From: Saprolegnia diclina VS20 | Lineage: Eukaryota | DNA: 56,308 nucleotides | Assembly: GCF_000281045.1 (NCBI RefSeq) | Contig: NW_008246075.1 | Span: forward strand, 102,210 to 158,517 | Reading direction: 5' to 3' | In this document: positions 1-14,300 of the stretch, piece by piece | Position numbering within the stretch: the first letter of the stretch is position 1 | Layout of the letters: each line of letters opens with the position of its first letter | Notes under the pieces: model-generated | Told to the model about the DNA's origin: nothing | The model's input: only the letters and a program-made list of their open reading frames with translations | The model's database searches: none | Made by a program: the position numbers and the translations under genes

Positions 1-58
1 GAACCAAGGACACCTTGGACACTGCCTGGGTCCACCGATAAAAATGTAAAAATGCTAA

Positions 59-678
59 GAGCATCCCCAGCAGTCGTATCCATTTTATTGCTAACGGGTG
101 GCTTTGGAAACGACCAGTTGGCAATGGAAACGGAGCTCCCCAACAGCATTGCCAAACGTTGCCAATCAACAGCTGACAGATCAACATTCCGACGATAGCG
201 AGGCGCTCCACTGGTTCCAAGGTGACGCCGTCGACGCCAGCACCGACTAGGCCCTACTCGCGGCCACGCTTAGCGAGAGTCATCAAGGCAGTTCATGACT
301 GTGCGACGGAGCTAACCGCATGTCAGCGGGCGCAGCGACGCCTTGTGTGCAGATATGATTTGCCCAGATCGCTCAATGCGAGTGCCATCAGAGAGGTTCC
401 TGCTACATCTGGGGTCTCTGTGTTGCAGGCATGGCTGTCCTCAACTGTAGAAAACTCCGAGCTGAGTTCTGACGGCGTTTTCATGCCTTGAATGCGTCCA
501 TTGCCCGTCGCATGGGCCTTAAAAACGATTGGAAATGCTGGCCGAAGTTTTTAAAGTGGACCGCGATAAAAACGACCAGCGAATTTTTACAAATTTTTAG
601 AAATCAAAACGCCTCTTGGGGAGGTCCGTTTTTAAAAATTGCTATATTTACGTATAAAAACGACTGCTGGGGATGCTC
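59..678. mobile_element. Non-autonomous PIF/Harbinger (Tourist-like) MITE, 620 bp
   Basis: Perfect 19-bp terminal inverted repeats GAGCATCCCCAGCAGTCGT (59-77) and ACGACTGCTGGGGATGCTC (660-678), with TAA on both sides (56-58, 679-681) as a 3-bp TSD typical of PIF/Harbinger. No transposase ORF recognisable inside. Confidence 0.85.
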
Positions 679-801
679 TAACGCTTGGTTCGGTTGGCGT
701 CGTTTGTAAATGGCCTGGACCGCCTGCAGCGCTGCCACATTGCTGGGGCCATCGATGCCATGCCAAGAGAACGTGGGGGACAAACCACCTACAGCCGCGC
801 T

Positions 802-901
802 NNNNNNNNNNNNNNNNNNNNNNNNNNNNNNNNNNNNNNNNNNNNNNNNNNNNNNNNNNNNNNNNNNNNNNNNNNNNNNNNNNNNNNNNNNNNNNNNNNN
901 N
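802..901. other. Assembly gap (100 N)
   Basis: Run of exactly 100 N. Confidence 1.
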
Positions 902-1080
902 GCTCTGGCGTCGAGTCCGTCGATGAGAGCGCAGCAACTCTAAGCTGCAGCACGAAGCAACACGGAAGCCTGCTTGGCCTTGAAGTTGCCCTTGCGCGCT
1001 GATTGGATGGATCTCCCCATCCATAAAACCAGCCAATCCCCGACGAGATGAACCATTCGACAAACATCTCAAATACAAAA

Positions 1081-2221
1081 ATGACCGAGATCCCGGTCGT
1101 CGACGGCTTCGCCAGCGATGCCAGCACCCAGCTGCGCCACGTATGTAGCCATACTCGGAGCTTAGCGACTTAGAGTACTTCGTCTAGGCGTGCACCACGG
1201 TGGGCTTCTTCTACCTCTCGAACCATGGCATCCCCGCGGCCCTCCTCGACGACGTCTACGCCGAGATGCACCACTTCTTCCAGCAACCCGTGCAGGAGAA
1301 ACGCAAGGTCTTGGCGAACGAGCACATGCGCGGCTACACGCCGATGAGCGAAGAGACGCTGGACCCGGCCGTGCAAACCCAGGGCGACACGAAAGAAGGT
1401 AGCAGCGCCTCCGAGTCCGTTGTTGACTATTTCAAAGGGTACTACATCTGCCGCGAGCCCGTACCAGAAGACTATGGCCTGCCTCTTCATGGCCCCAACG
1501 TCTTCCCGGACGCGTCTACGCACCCGCGCTTTCGCCCAATAATGACCAAGTACTTTGACGCGATGTCGGCCTTGGGCTGGCACGTTGCTCAGCTCTTCGC
1601 CGAGGCCGCCGGTGCTCCCGGCGCGTTTGACGGGCCTGGCATGTTTGATCGGTATTCTCACTGCTGTATCGATTGGTCAACGATTATATCGATGTAGCCC
1701 GATGGCGGCTCTGCGCTTGCTCCACTACAGCGACCACAAGTCGGACGTGGACGGCGGTGTCTTTGGCGCGGGCGCGCACTCAGACTATGGTCTCCTCACG
1801 CTCCTCTCGACGGACGACCAATCGGGTCTCGAGATTGAGCTGCAAGGGCGCTGGGTGGCCGTGCCGCCGCGCGCCGACTGCTTCATTGTCAACATTGGCG
1901 ATCTGGGCGGTAGATTTGCATGCAAATGCTGTCTGCTGCTGACGATGTTGCTAGAGCGGTGGACCAACGGCCTCTTCAAGTCGACGCGCCATCGTGTCGT
2001 ACGCTACTCTCCTAGACACAGCGCCTGACGGCTTGTAGGTCAACCGCGTGGGGCGTGAACGCTACTCGGTTCCGTTTTTTTACGAGCCCAATTTCACGTG
2101 CGTCGTCTCGTGCTTGCCGTCCTGCGTCGACCGCGGCACGCCGTTGCCGCCCATCACGAGTGGCGACCACCTCTTGGCCAAGTACGCCGAGACGCATGCG
2201 TCGTTTGAGCCACAGACATAG
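1081..2221 (+). CDS. 2-oxoglutarate/Fe(II)-dependent dioxygenase (IPNS/DIOX_N family), multi-exon
   Basis: ATG 1081 MTEIPVVD, then GFFYLSNHGI, RGYTP, GPNVFP, LRLLHY, the HxD motif GAHSDYG, distal His in STRHRVV, and RYSVPFFYEP. Stop TAG 2219-2221. Several short GT-AG introns (e.g. 1141-1187). Confidence 0.9.
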
Positions 2222-2361
2222 TCATCTTTATAACGTTGCTTTTGTAATGCAGAAGTCGTATGACAACTTGTGCATATGCTACGTGTGACTGTAGTTAGCG
2301 GCATTCTGGGAGCACGAGTCTGCTTTTACGGCCAACCTGATACGGGGTTTAACGACGACGA

Positions 2362-5300
2362 TTAACTTGCTTTAGCTGACGTTATGACGAATCCGCCAGC
2401 ATGATCTGTCTCCCGCTGTAGCTCGAAGTTATAGGGAAATGGGGCATCGACTGAAGACGCTTCGATACTTGAGCCACGTTTGTGGTGTAGATAATTTATG
2501 GCTGTGTCCTGATACATGTGCTTTGGGGTGACGCACTTGAGGATGCGTCCGTGGACGCTACATGATGTCGACTTGGGTCGCGTCCCGCTCTTCGTGCTGC
2601 TTGAGCGACTTCCACAGCGGCCGTCTCGCTTCGTCGTCGTCCGATCTGGTCCATGGCGTCGCCGCCAGCGCGTCTTTATCAGCTGCGTGCAAGCAGTATT
2701 GCGTCTTGAGCATCTCTTGTGTTCCGAGGAGGCGCTCGAACGCAAATTTCTGGAGCGGCGAGACCACGTCCGGTGCCCCGGGTTTCCCGCCCACGACGTG
2801 GTACGACCGGCTCAGAAAAGTAAACAAATCGAGGAGCTTGCGCTCGTCGTTTTCAAAGTTGCGCGAGTCTTCCCAGGGCACCGTGCCGATGTGCACTTGG
2901 GTCTCTGCACTTGGCGGCTTGTGGACGTAGAGCACGATACGGGTCACACCACCCGACTTGTGTAGCGCGACGCCGTGCACATAGTCTTTTGGGAGTCGCC
3001 ATTTCAGCGTCGGCTGCTGCCAGTGCGCTGCTGCGACGGTAGCCGCGAGCAATTCGCTTTTTCGGACGACGACCACGAGGTACTCGCCCGGTGCGCTTTT
3101 GAACGCAGTCGTCCAGAGCACTTGGCCTTTCTCAAAAACGTCACCAACCTGGATGTGAACCCGTGGAGTCGCCGTCGTTGAGATCGGATCGAACGACACG
3201 AGCAGTGCCTAAGTAGACAAGTTGTCTCTTTTGAAAATGGTCATTTTTCTTGTGAGAAACGTACCTTGGCCCAGTTCCAGACAGGGTCGTGGGGTAAAAG
3301 CCGACCGTCGCCGCCAAAGGTGTGGGCGATGCGCTTCCGCCGACGCTCTTCTGTGATCTGCTTGCTATCAAATGTCAAGCCCGCGACGTCCCGAAGGCCT
3401 TCGAGGACGTGCGTCGTGAGGTCGATGGCGCCAACGACGGGCTTGACAACGACGCCCGAGAGGCCGTTGGCGACGCCGACGAAAAGCCCCCGCGGTCCAT
3501 TTTGCGCACCACGCATTGGGTCGACGAGAAGACCGGTTAGGCCGCCGAGGAGACCACCGGTCATGTCGTGCTGGAGCTTGTTGACGTTCAGTTTGAGCTA
3601 GATCAACATGAAAAATTGAGGTTCAGACAAGCGAGCACGTACTTGCTCGCGCCGAGACGACGGACGCGCCAAAGCAAAAAAGGTGCGCTTGGCCGCGTAC
3701 ACGCGATCGCGGGAGAGCGACATGACCGAGTTGCCCATGGCAGTCGTGAGACGGGACGTGGTGTCGAGCACGCCAAACGCCGTGTGCCCCACCAGCGAGA
3801 GCGTGCCCCGGGTCATGCCCCCGAGGAGCCCCCGCGCCCCGTAGCGTGCCATGCCCAAGTACGGTGCAACGACAAAGTCGGTGAGGCCATCGCGAACGCT
3901 CGCGGCGAGCCCGACGGGATTGCCCATAAAGTTCATAGCGCCTACGCCCATCCAGCACAAGTCAACAACGTTTTCTCTGTAAAGTTCAGCCGTACCGACG
4001 AGCTTGTACAGCTGTCGCAAGAGGCTTGTCGTGTAGTGGTCGAGCACAACGTCGCGCACCTACCGCACAAAGCCTCATTCTCCTCCGTATTCTCAACGCG
4101 TCCTACATGTGCTGCGTCGGTGATTTCGTGCCGAATGAGCAAGCTCGAAAATTGCAGTGGCGCATTCTCGATGCTTTTGGCCACGTTGACCAGACCGGCC
4201 GCGAACGAGTGCGTGAATGAGCTTTTGAAATGCTGGCGCAGATACGCGCTGCTCTCTGCCGTGTACGACTTGCGAAAGGTGATGTTGGCGCGGAACGGAC
4301 TCACTTCCAGATGGGCAATGTACACGTTGCGCGGCGCCGAGGGTGGACGCGGCGAGAGATGCGCAGCGTGCTTGTCGTAGAGGCGGTCGAGAATGTCATA
4401 GAGCGTGCGCAAAATGGCTTCGTCAAACGTCAAATCAATGTCCTGGAGCTGCAGCGCAATAAACTCGAGATGTACGAGACCATCGACGGCTTTTCCCTTG
4501 GGTACATGCTGCACACACGTCGCATGGAAGAGCGGGTCGGGCGTCATGGCTGCGCGCGAGAGGACAACAGGAAGGCCCACTTGGTGGCTAAAGCTGCGTT
4601 GGTTGTCGACCTGGAAGCCGTCGACGTCGATCGCGACGCGGCGCTGCTTGGTCGACTGCAGCGCATACGCATCCACTGTATCAAACGAGACGCGGAGCAC
4701 TTCTTGCATCTCGAGGCGGGGCGCGGAGGCCAGAGAAAAGATCGGGTACACCTGCGCCGAGAGCGACAAGGCGACTTCGCGCAGATGGATGCTGGCGTAG
4801 CGCAGCATCGTGCCCACGACAAACGAGGTGGGCGCGAGCTCATACTGGAGCTGGAGCCGCAAGCACGGACTCGTCGTCGACGGCATCGAGTAGCCGAGGC
4901 CACCACCAATGCGCTCCGTGCCCACGAGCTGTTCGAGGTCTTTCTCCAGCGATGTCGTGTCCTTGGGGTGAACCAACGGGAACCACCCCGTGATCGACGT
5001 ACCCCGGGTCACGCAAAACTCGATGATCGCTTCAATCGACAAGTGGAGCATGCCAAGCAGCACCTCGCCACTGGCCGTGCCCGCGTTGAGCACGGTGACG
5101 GTGACGGAGCCGCGCTGTCGTCGTAACTGCATCTACCATGTCATGAGCCGATGGAAGCCTCGACGGGCAATACCTCGAACGAGTTTTGGCGCCACTGCAT
5201 CGTATCGTCACCCTTGATTTTGTTGGTCTTGAACGTAGCGCCTTCGGACGTGAGCTTGCAGCGTACGCGGTCGCCTTTGCCAGCAAACCCTCGGCCTTCA

Positions 5301-8300
5301 AGAATCACCACACGAAGTGTGCCGCCGCGCCGTACGAGCCGCTCGAATTGCCTACACTCGCGTGGTATGTCATCGTGACAGATCCGACCGTTTCACAAAA
5401 AGTGCACGTACGATTTGACCTCGGTGACGTGATCAATCGATGCCGCGTCAACTTGCTTGACGTTGCGCGACGGATGCGCACCGCGGGCAGCATGCGTTGG
5501 CGATGACGACGCGTTCGTCTCCTAAGGATATTTCTAAGCGACCGGCAGCGCTGCGTCCTGCGTACCCCGTCTTTGTTGGAGAAGAGCCGTTTGACCCGCT
5601 GGAGGCTGCCCATTGGCGTCGGTTTCGTCGATTTGTGCAGGCGGCGCAAAATGCGCGTCTCGGCCGCGACCTTGAGCGTCTGGAGCGTGTCGTTCATGTG
5701 GTGGTGCTGCAAGTTGTGCAGCTGTTCGTGCCACTTGACTTTGAGCCGATTTTTCTGGGCCACGAGTTTGTCCTTCTTCTTGAGCAGCAGTTGCTTGGCC
5801 TTCTCGGTCATTTCTTGCTTGGAGGGCTTGGCCTCGGCGCTCGTATGCAGCTTGCGCTTGTGTTCGAGGATGCGCTCCTTTGCGATCCGGTTGAGGCGCG
5901 AACGTACGTACACCAATCCCTCGCTCGTCAATCGGGTCTGCGTCTTGAGCCGCTCGTACCAATGGGACAGCAGTCCGCGCGTCGAGCGACACACGGCTAT
6001 GTGAATGTCAATGCTGCCGACGGTCACCTCCGTCGCCTTCTTTGTCTCGTGGTGCTGGAGCAGCGGCAGTGTGAGCGCAGTGTTGCTTTCATCGAAATCT
6101 CGGAGAGGCAGCGTTGCCGTCCCGAGCACGGGGTGGGCCGATAACGCGTGGTACGACAAGATGTCCAATTCGAGCGACGCATTCTCAGCCCCGTCGAGAT
6201 CGAAGAGAAACGTTTGCTCGTACCAGCTCGGTTCGTGGCAGCGCTCAATGTAGTACGTTTTTTGAGCCCCCGTCTTGCGCTTACTGTTGCTGCCCGGTGC
6301 GCTAATCGACAAGGCGACGTAGGGGTGGCACATCTCGGATGCCACCGAAGCCTGCAAGCCCATGGCCGAGACAACCGTGACCAGTACTTGGTCGACCGTC
6401 TCAAAGATGGGTCGCGACATAAACGACGCAATGCGGGCATGCAGTTGATGCAAGAACGGGTCGGGATCGGCGCCCATGGACGGGTGCGGTGCGACCGCCG
6501 ACGCAAAGCGCGATGTCGCTGTCGACGGCTCGGGGGTCGTCGAATTGAAGATCGAAGAGGGTTCTTTCGGCGCTGCGTCCAAGGCCGCAGAGAGCTCGGC
6601 GAGTCCGCTAAAGCTATTGCGCCGACTTGATCGTGTCCGGTGGTGCGCCGACGACCGGGGAGCTTCGACCGACTCGAGCTCAACGCTGCGGCGTCGTGGC
6701 AGCGTCGGGGCTTGCAGCGCTGCAAACGCCCGCGTGTGCTGCAGCGCGAGCATCGACAGCAGCGTCTGCTGCATGCGAACTTCCTCTTTGAGAAAATACG
6801 AGCGCTCGTCGTCAAGCGTCGCGCTCTCACGAAGTCGAAGCACGCGCGTCATGCCGTCACCGTCGATGCGCGCGTAGCTCACGGCGCGTTTTGGTTTCTG
6901 AAACATCGAAGTTGTGGGAAAGTTGAGGTGCGGAAGCCCAGATGAGACCTTGGTACTATCAAATGCGGCTGGCGTCTCTTCGGAAAGCCGTGGCGTTGGC
7001 TTGGGGATGGCGACTTGCAGATTGAGCACATCCAGTGCGATCGCGTCGACGTCGTCGAGACCAAGACCGCGACGCTCGCCGAGGATCGTGCGCCCAAAGG
7101 TCTTTGGGGTGTCGATGTACCGCACGTCTTTTTTGGGTCCGCGCGACGAGAGTAAAAAGTGCTTGGGCCGGGTCACCGCGCGCGCGTCGTCGTTGCGAAG
7201 TGACGCGCTCAGCTATTCCATCGATCCATAGGTAGACATACGCACCACGCGAGAGCGTACCTGGTGGGGCGCCATGGGTTCGGGCCACGTAAAGAGCGCA
7301 GCGGCCCCCGGGCGAAGCACCTGCCATGCGTTTCGCGGCCCCTCGACGCTCGCTTGGCGATAGAATAGCAGGTGGTTGGAGGTTTGGTTTTCAATGCGGT
7401 AGCCGATTTCCGCCGACGATGCCAACGGACGAAAGACCGTGAGGACCGTCGAGCCGACAAAGCGCGAGTGCACGCGGACAACGTCCATTGACATGCTATG
7501 TTGCCGCACGGTGATCGTGTGGCCTACGTCATGCCACGTTATCATTCACGCGTCCGATGGCAAAGGTCGTAGGAAAAGCAGGGCATACCGTCGGCGGCCT
7601 TTGTCTCTGCAAACCCACGCTTGGCATCCTTGCGTGACGCGGGCGACGCGGGTGCGTCAACAAGACTCGCGACCGTCACGTCCAAGGGACCTGTGGTCGC
7701 AATGCCAAACTTGCCTGACCGGTACCGTGGCGCTTGTTTGGCGAGCACGTACTGCGCACTCACAAGCGCTCGTTTTTTGACAGGGACTTTGGACGACGGA
7801 TGGTACGGCTGGGCGTCATTCGGCGCCATCGTCATGTTGAGGTTGTCGTGGGCATCGTAGAGCGCGAGGGCGGCGTGTAGCTGGTTGAAGACGAGGTACC
7901 GAGGCGTAAAGGTGACGCATTTGGTGCGGTAAAACACGTCCGGTCCTAAGGAGACGCGGGCGCTGACGGGAATCACGCCCGACGAATTTTTGAGCTACAA
8001 TAGCGGTCTACATGAAACCGTCGGGTATGTCACGATGACATACCTCGACGACTTGGTCGATGCCGAGCGCCTCGAGCGAGAAGCCCTTAGACCAGGTGTA
8101 TTTGGGGCACTAGCCAGTGGTAAGACATCAAGCGGATCTGTCATCACGCCATCAAGTCTGGCCAACAATCCCGTACCTTGATGCAAAGACTGTTGGCGAA
8201 CGCCGAGACATCATCAAACGCAGCCGAGCTAAACGAAAACATGGTCGCAAAGCGGGCTGAGCGCCGACCCGCGCACGCCGGCGACGGGCAGCCGCAGAGC

Positions 8301-11300
8301 TCGCCGGTGGCCGCCGTTTCCACGTGCATACACGTCTCATCTTGCTCCGACTCGGTCAGAAACGACGTGCAATGCAAGTCTCGCAGCAGACTTTTCCACA
8401 TCCAGCGCTCGTCCAAGGTTCGGCGCCGGTCTTCCGCCCCCGCGCTGCCCGCCACCTGATAATGCCGTGTCTCTTGCTTGTACTGGAGCGCGTACGGCGT
8501 ATAGTTGACGAGCCAGTAGGGCGCATACAGTACAATCGCTCGCTGCCCACCGCCCCCCACAAGGTGCTCGATCCTACTCCGACGATATATAAGGTCAGCA
8601 AAAGCTCCAAGCAAGCGTTCGTACTTGAGTTTGAGCGACCGGGTCGTGTTGCGGGACCGCTTGTCGTTGAGTTCGAGGACCACGTCGACCTACCTCGCAT
8701 GATGGCCAGGTGTTCTGCACCCTTGGTGTAGGAGGCACCTTGCGGTGATCTTTCAACGACGTCGGTGGCGGGACATGTAACGTGACGGGTTTGGTACTTT
8801 CACACTGGAGACCCGGGAGTAGGACACTGCCGTAGAGTACGTCTTGCATGGTCGACGAGTAAATGTAAGCGACGCCGCCCACCTTGATCGAGCCTTCCCA
8901 CACAATGTCCTTGGTCGCCTTGCCATGGTGCACGACAAGGCGGTAGACGCAGCACACAATGTTTACGCACAGCGCGTTCTCGAGCGTCAAGGGTGCGTGG
9001 AGCACAAGGCGTGTGAGGTTGGCACCGGTTTTTGGTGTTGCACTGGTGCTACTCTCATCTTTGGCAAAGAAGCTCCACCGACTGCGCCGCTCGGCAAGAG
9101 GTGACCGCTCAGCAACCTCAATGCACAGGTGCACCTTGGCGCTGCACGGGTAGATGTACGAGGCCTTCGTATCGGTCATCTAGATCCCATATATTCTTCG
9201 TTACGATGGGATGACAATGGCATTTGTACCAGGTGGAGAAGGTCGATGCTGTCACCTTCGATGGCCGTGACGCTCCCCGTCGTACCATGGGGTACGTGCA
9301 TGAGGTAGAGGTATCCAATGTGCTTGCCGCGCGATGTGTCAGCGTACTCAAACAGCGGCTGCAACGGTACATAATAGACTTGCGACGGCTGTAGCGATGT
9401 CGCGTGGGCTTGCGCTCGACCCAGTGGCTCTTTCAGGTGTTTGCTGTTGCCGAGGCGGATCCCGAGCACAAACGACGTGGCGTTGACGAGCTCAAACTGG
9501 CTCTGGAGGGCAACCGTTTGGCCATACCGCGTCTATTCAAAGTCTGAGAGGCAGGCGTACGACACGAGTATGAGAGGACCTTGGTGATGCCGACAACGCA
9601 GCGCAAGGCGGCGCGGATCCATGGGCTTGTGGCCACGAGCGCGCCGACGTCGTCGTCGTCCGGAATCAGATCAAAGAGAAACGTGCCGCTTTGGCTCACG
9701 TCGACGTGGTGCAGCCAGCGAAACCCGCGAAGTTGGAGCGACATGTCATATGTGAGTGCCGCGGCATTGGACGCGAGCGCGTGACGCAGCGGCTCGAGCG
9801 GCGCGTCGTAGTTGAGAAAGAGCACGCGCAAGTAATTTTGGTTTTCGACGGTTGTCTCGAGCATGTGGTCTTCGTACAGGACGCTCACGATCGGAGGCGA
9901 GTGCAGCGATCCCGTCATCGCTGGTCCGAGGTACGTGACCTGGTGCGCGTCGGGCTGCGGCTGAAAGTACCGCACGACGCGGCCCGTCCGGTTCACGACG
10001 CCAGAGGTCGACGACGGCGTCTGGGTCGTGTCGTGGCAGAGCTCGAGGGCCAAGTTGAGACAGTACTCGGTGATGTTGACTTGAATCGAGTCGGCGCTCG
10101 AGACCACGAGACCGGCGCCGCGGCATGGACCGTCTTCGGCGAGGACCTTGAGCTCGAACCGCTCGACGAGCGGCTCCCACCCGCGCACAATGTTGTTGAA
10201 GACGTCGAGGGCGATGTTCAGCGTGAGCTTGAGGTACAGCGTCGGCATGTGCCCGGACGTGGGCTCCATCAATTTCGAGTGCGATTTTTCCAGCGCGACC
10301 GCGGTTGCGTCGTCCGTGTCTGTAAAGCGCAGAGCGTTGAGCGACGCGTCCGATAGAAACAACATCAACAGCGGCTTTTGAAACTGGAGCGCGTCATCGA
10401 GCAGCATCAAGCAGACTCGGGACGGCAGCGTGACGGCGATCGACTCGATGGTCTCAAACAGCGTTGTCGTCGACGACCCAACGCTTTGCGTTTCGTCCTG
10501 GTCGTCATTGTCATCATTGTCATTGTCATTGGCGTCGTCCGAGGCGTCCGTCATGTGCGCATATGTGTCCGCGACAGCCTGCACAAACGCCACGTCGCTT
10601 GGAAGACCGTAGACATAGACGGTGAGCTCGGGCGACGCGGGAAACATGGGGTCGTAACGCTTGACATCCACGACGTGAGACGTCTGCGCCGTATCCAGGC
10701 TCGATGTATAGTGCCAGTCGAGCCCTATCGGTGTCAAGACGGTCCGGCGCTTCGCGGCCTCGAGAAAGTACGCCTCGACGCCGTTCACCTGTACGTGCAA
10801 GCTCGACGTCGAGGCATTCCACGTGTGGTGGACACTGACGTGCGCGTCCGCCACCGTCGTGACGACCAGCGTCTTGGACGTTGCCGTAACGGGCGCTGTC
10901 ACGGCCACGGCGGTCACATGAAGCGAGTACCAAAGGTTCGGAGTGGCATCATCGACGCCATCGAGCTCGTCCTCTGCCGATGCCAAGAAGGCGCCGACAC
11001 AAATAATGTCTCCATTCGCGTCCGCGGCCATCTCGGTGCTGGGCCAGGGGTACCCGAATGCTGGGTCATAGAAGAATGTCGAAAAGTACTCGAGCGTATA
11101 CGTGAGACTCGTCGGGTCGCTCACGATCGGGAGCTCCACGATATCGAGTGCCATTCCGAGCATGGTGTAGCCATAAGGAAACCGAATCGACGTCAAGTGA
11201 AAGGCGTGGGATCGGAGGCAACTGTCATTCTCTGCAAGCCAAAACGGGCAAAGCCGGTCGGGTATCTCGGGTGTGAACGGTGCGAACGACGTGATTGCGA

Positions 11301-14300
11301 TCAGCGACTCGGCAGTATTTGCGAGCTTGGTCAAGCGGACGCTGCCAGCCACCACCGCCGTCGTCAAGAACGTCGACTCGTAGGTGCCGGTGACGGTCAC
11401 CACCAATGGCGACAGCACAAGGCCAAGCGCATCGTCCTTGAGCTCAAACTGGAGCTCCCAGCGCGGACAGACCACGCCGACTTCCCACGGCGTCGACGAC
11501 GGCGCGTCAACGATCGCGTCCAAGTGCGCGGCAGTGTTGAACGGCGCGTGAAATGGGTGCGGCCCGACGTCGTACGCTGTGGTTGGCGCAGCGTGCTGCA
11601 CAAACGGGCGCGGGAACTTGGCATACTCGCCCATGTTGTCAAACCAGAGACTTAGGAGAATACTCCACTCGGTCACGTCCATCTCGAGTCGCAACGACGG
11701 CGAAAAGACGTAGAGATCCCGTGTCGCCGCTCCGTTCGTGTCGCGCACAAAGTGAATGGTCGTGGGTTCGAGGCTCACGAGCGACCAGCGTAACTCCGGA
11801 TTGAGCGCCTGAAACACGCTTCCGTGCGCGGTAATGCGCGGGGCGTGCGCTGCCTCGGACGTCGCAACAGACGGGGTGGACGCCGAGAGAGTCCCAAACG
11901 CAAACGACCAGTAGCGCTCGCAGACTTCTTCGGCGTCGGCGCAGTAGGCGCGGCACTGCCGCATCTCAAGTATGTCGCGTTGAAGGTGTCCGACCGTCGA
12001 CCGCGCAGGCCATAGCGTCGTCGGTGCATGGAGCCCGGCCGCGTACGTCCACGGCACATCCACGTACGACCGCTGCATGAGCAGCTCGTCCATGACGAGC
12101 GCGAGCCGGTCGTCCGACTCGCTATTCCGTGGAAAGACAAGGGCCACGTGGGACATGCGCAGGCTCTTGCAACTCCGAGCGATCTGTGGTATAGCGGCCG
12201 ACGCGTCGGACGGGAAGTGCAGTTCAACGGCACGTTGCAGCACCGCCAACGCGCCCGTGGGCTCAAACGCGTAGTTCCAGCACTCGAGGTAGAAGCGGTA
12301 GAGACACGTGAACTGGAGGCCGTGCATGCTAATGTGGAGATCGGTCTCGGAGCGCGTCATGTCGAGCATCGGCGCTGTCACGTCAGCGGCGCAGGCGCAC
12401 TAGAGACACACAACGGCGTGATTGACGCATACAAAGAAACAAGGTACCTCCATGGGCACGATAAAGTAGTGGTGGACACTGCCGTACGCCGTGCTGTCTT
12501 GCACGGTGAAGCGCTCGACCGTCATCGCCAACGTTGATTGGTGTCGGAGGTTGGTGCCAAGAAGCGTGATTGTACTGAGGCAGCCGCCCTCTTGCGTGAG
12601 ACGAATGGTCGACTGTTCCAGATGCCACGCAAGCTCCAGTTCGGTGGCGTTCGCAGCGGTTCCTGGATGCGGCGTGGCTCTTGCCGGAAGCAAATCGCAG
12701 TACACTTTGAGATAGCCCAAGACATCGCAGAGAATCTCGGGCTCGAACGACGCCTCGAGGCGTTGCGTGCGCAGACTGCAGCGGCGCGGTGCGTCGACCG
12801 TGTCGTGGACGGTGCAGGACACGCCCGTGGTGCTTGGCGCCAATGGTGCCAGTCGGAAGACGTCGCGTCCGAGAAGTGTCAGCGCGAGTGTGTCGAGACT
12901 GGCTTCGTGCCGCGCGTCGCTGCCTTCCGACCACAGAGCACCGTGCAGCGCGTCCCACGCCACGTGCAGCAGCTTGCTTTCGGCAGGCACCTCTTCAAAC
13001 AACCCAGCCTTCTCGTCCGTCATCGGCGTCGTCTCATAGCCCATGAAGAGCGGAAGGAGCACTTGCAGCGCGCCTTGCGTCACCGTGACGTTGACAATGC
13101 CCCGCGTGCGTGGCAACGGTGCCGGTGACGCCGTGGAGGCCCATAAGAAGGGATAGCGCTGCACGAGCTGCACCAAGCTGCGCGTCACGTAGACACCCAC
13201 GGAGGCTAGTTGGATGTTGACGCTGGTATCGCGCCCCGTGACAGCGTAGGACATTTCAACGGCCTCGAGCGCCACGACGGGCGATGCTTTTTCGCCCTGA
13301 CGCAATAGTACGTACGCAGACTGGACGCGATGATGAAACTCTTGCGTCGCGGCGTTAATGTGAAGATACCAATCGGTGCTGTGCGCCTCGACGATATGAG
13401 TGGCCAGGATGACGCGCAGTGTGCCCGTCTAGACGGTTTCGTGAATGGGACATGTCATGCCACGTAATTGTACCTGGACAGAGCATGTGACGGTCCATGC
13501 GCTCGCGGCGACCGATTGGGACGGTTGTGGACCAAAAGGTGGGTCAGGCTCGAGCAGCTGGAGCGTGCTCAGACATGATGGCAAGGTTTCGTGGCATGTC
13601 GCGTCCAGAGAAGTCAGCGTGACATGCATCATTGACGACGTCGGCGTCGCCTGCAACGAGAGCGACAGCATCGTGTCAACATCTACCACATTGAATAGAC
13701 TCCAATGAATTCGGAGAAGTGGCGTACCTGTCCTTGGTCGGACCTCGAGGAGTGCAACGGTTTCGTTGTGCACGATAGAGCCAGTGACGCGGTTGACATC
13801 GACCTCCATGTCGGTTGTGAGGAGCCCCAAGTGGCTCGACACCTCACTGGTGCCCGTCGCTGTCACCCGCTGCCACGTGTTGGATACGGTCAGGCGTTTC
13901 CATGCAGCAGAAAGCACGATCTCGTCAAGGGCCCACGTCCAAGCCACCTAGCACCGCAATTGGCTCATATTTCCACGCCACCGAGTCTTTACTTGATAGG
14001 GCGTTCCGATGGACAGGTCGTTTGGACGTTTTTGGCTCTGACGGGCACCTTGAGCCTGCGCTTGGCACTCGAAAATCTCCCGGGTTGTCTGTGTCGCAAT
14101 ACTCAAGAACACATGTACAAGCGACGCATCGACGTACCAGCTGCAGCTCCAGTACATTCAAGACAGCGACGAGCCGCAGCGCTTTGGTGTTGCGCGCCTG
14201 CATGAGTTGGAGCCACGAGGCGTAGAGATGCGCGTAGCTGGCCATGATCAAGGTCGACGGCGGCACGTGCACGCGGGGCCGACAAAGGCAGAGCACTTGG

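Noticed and set aside
222..709. ORFs inside the MITE as transposase remnants
   Set aside because: No Harbinger DDE or Myb-like motifs recognisable.
10500..10535. GTCATT-type microsatellite
   Set aside because: It encodes an Asp/Asn low-complexity linker within VPS13.
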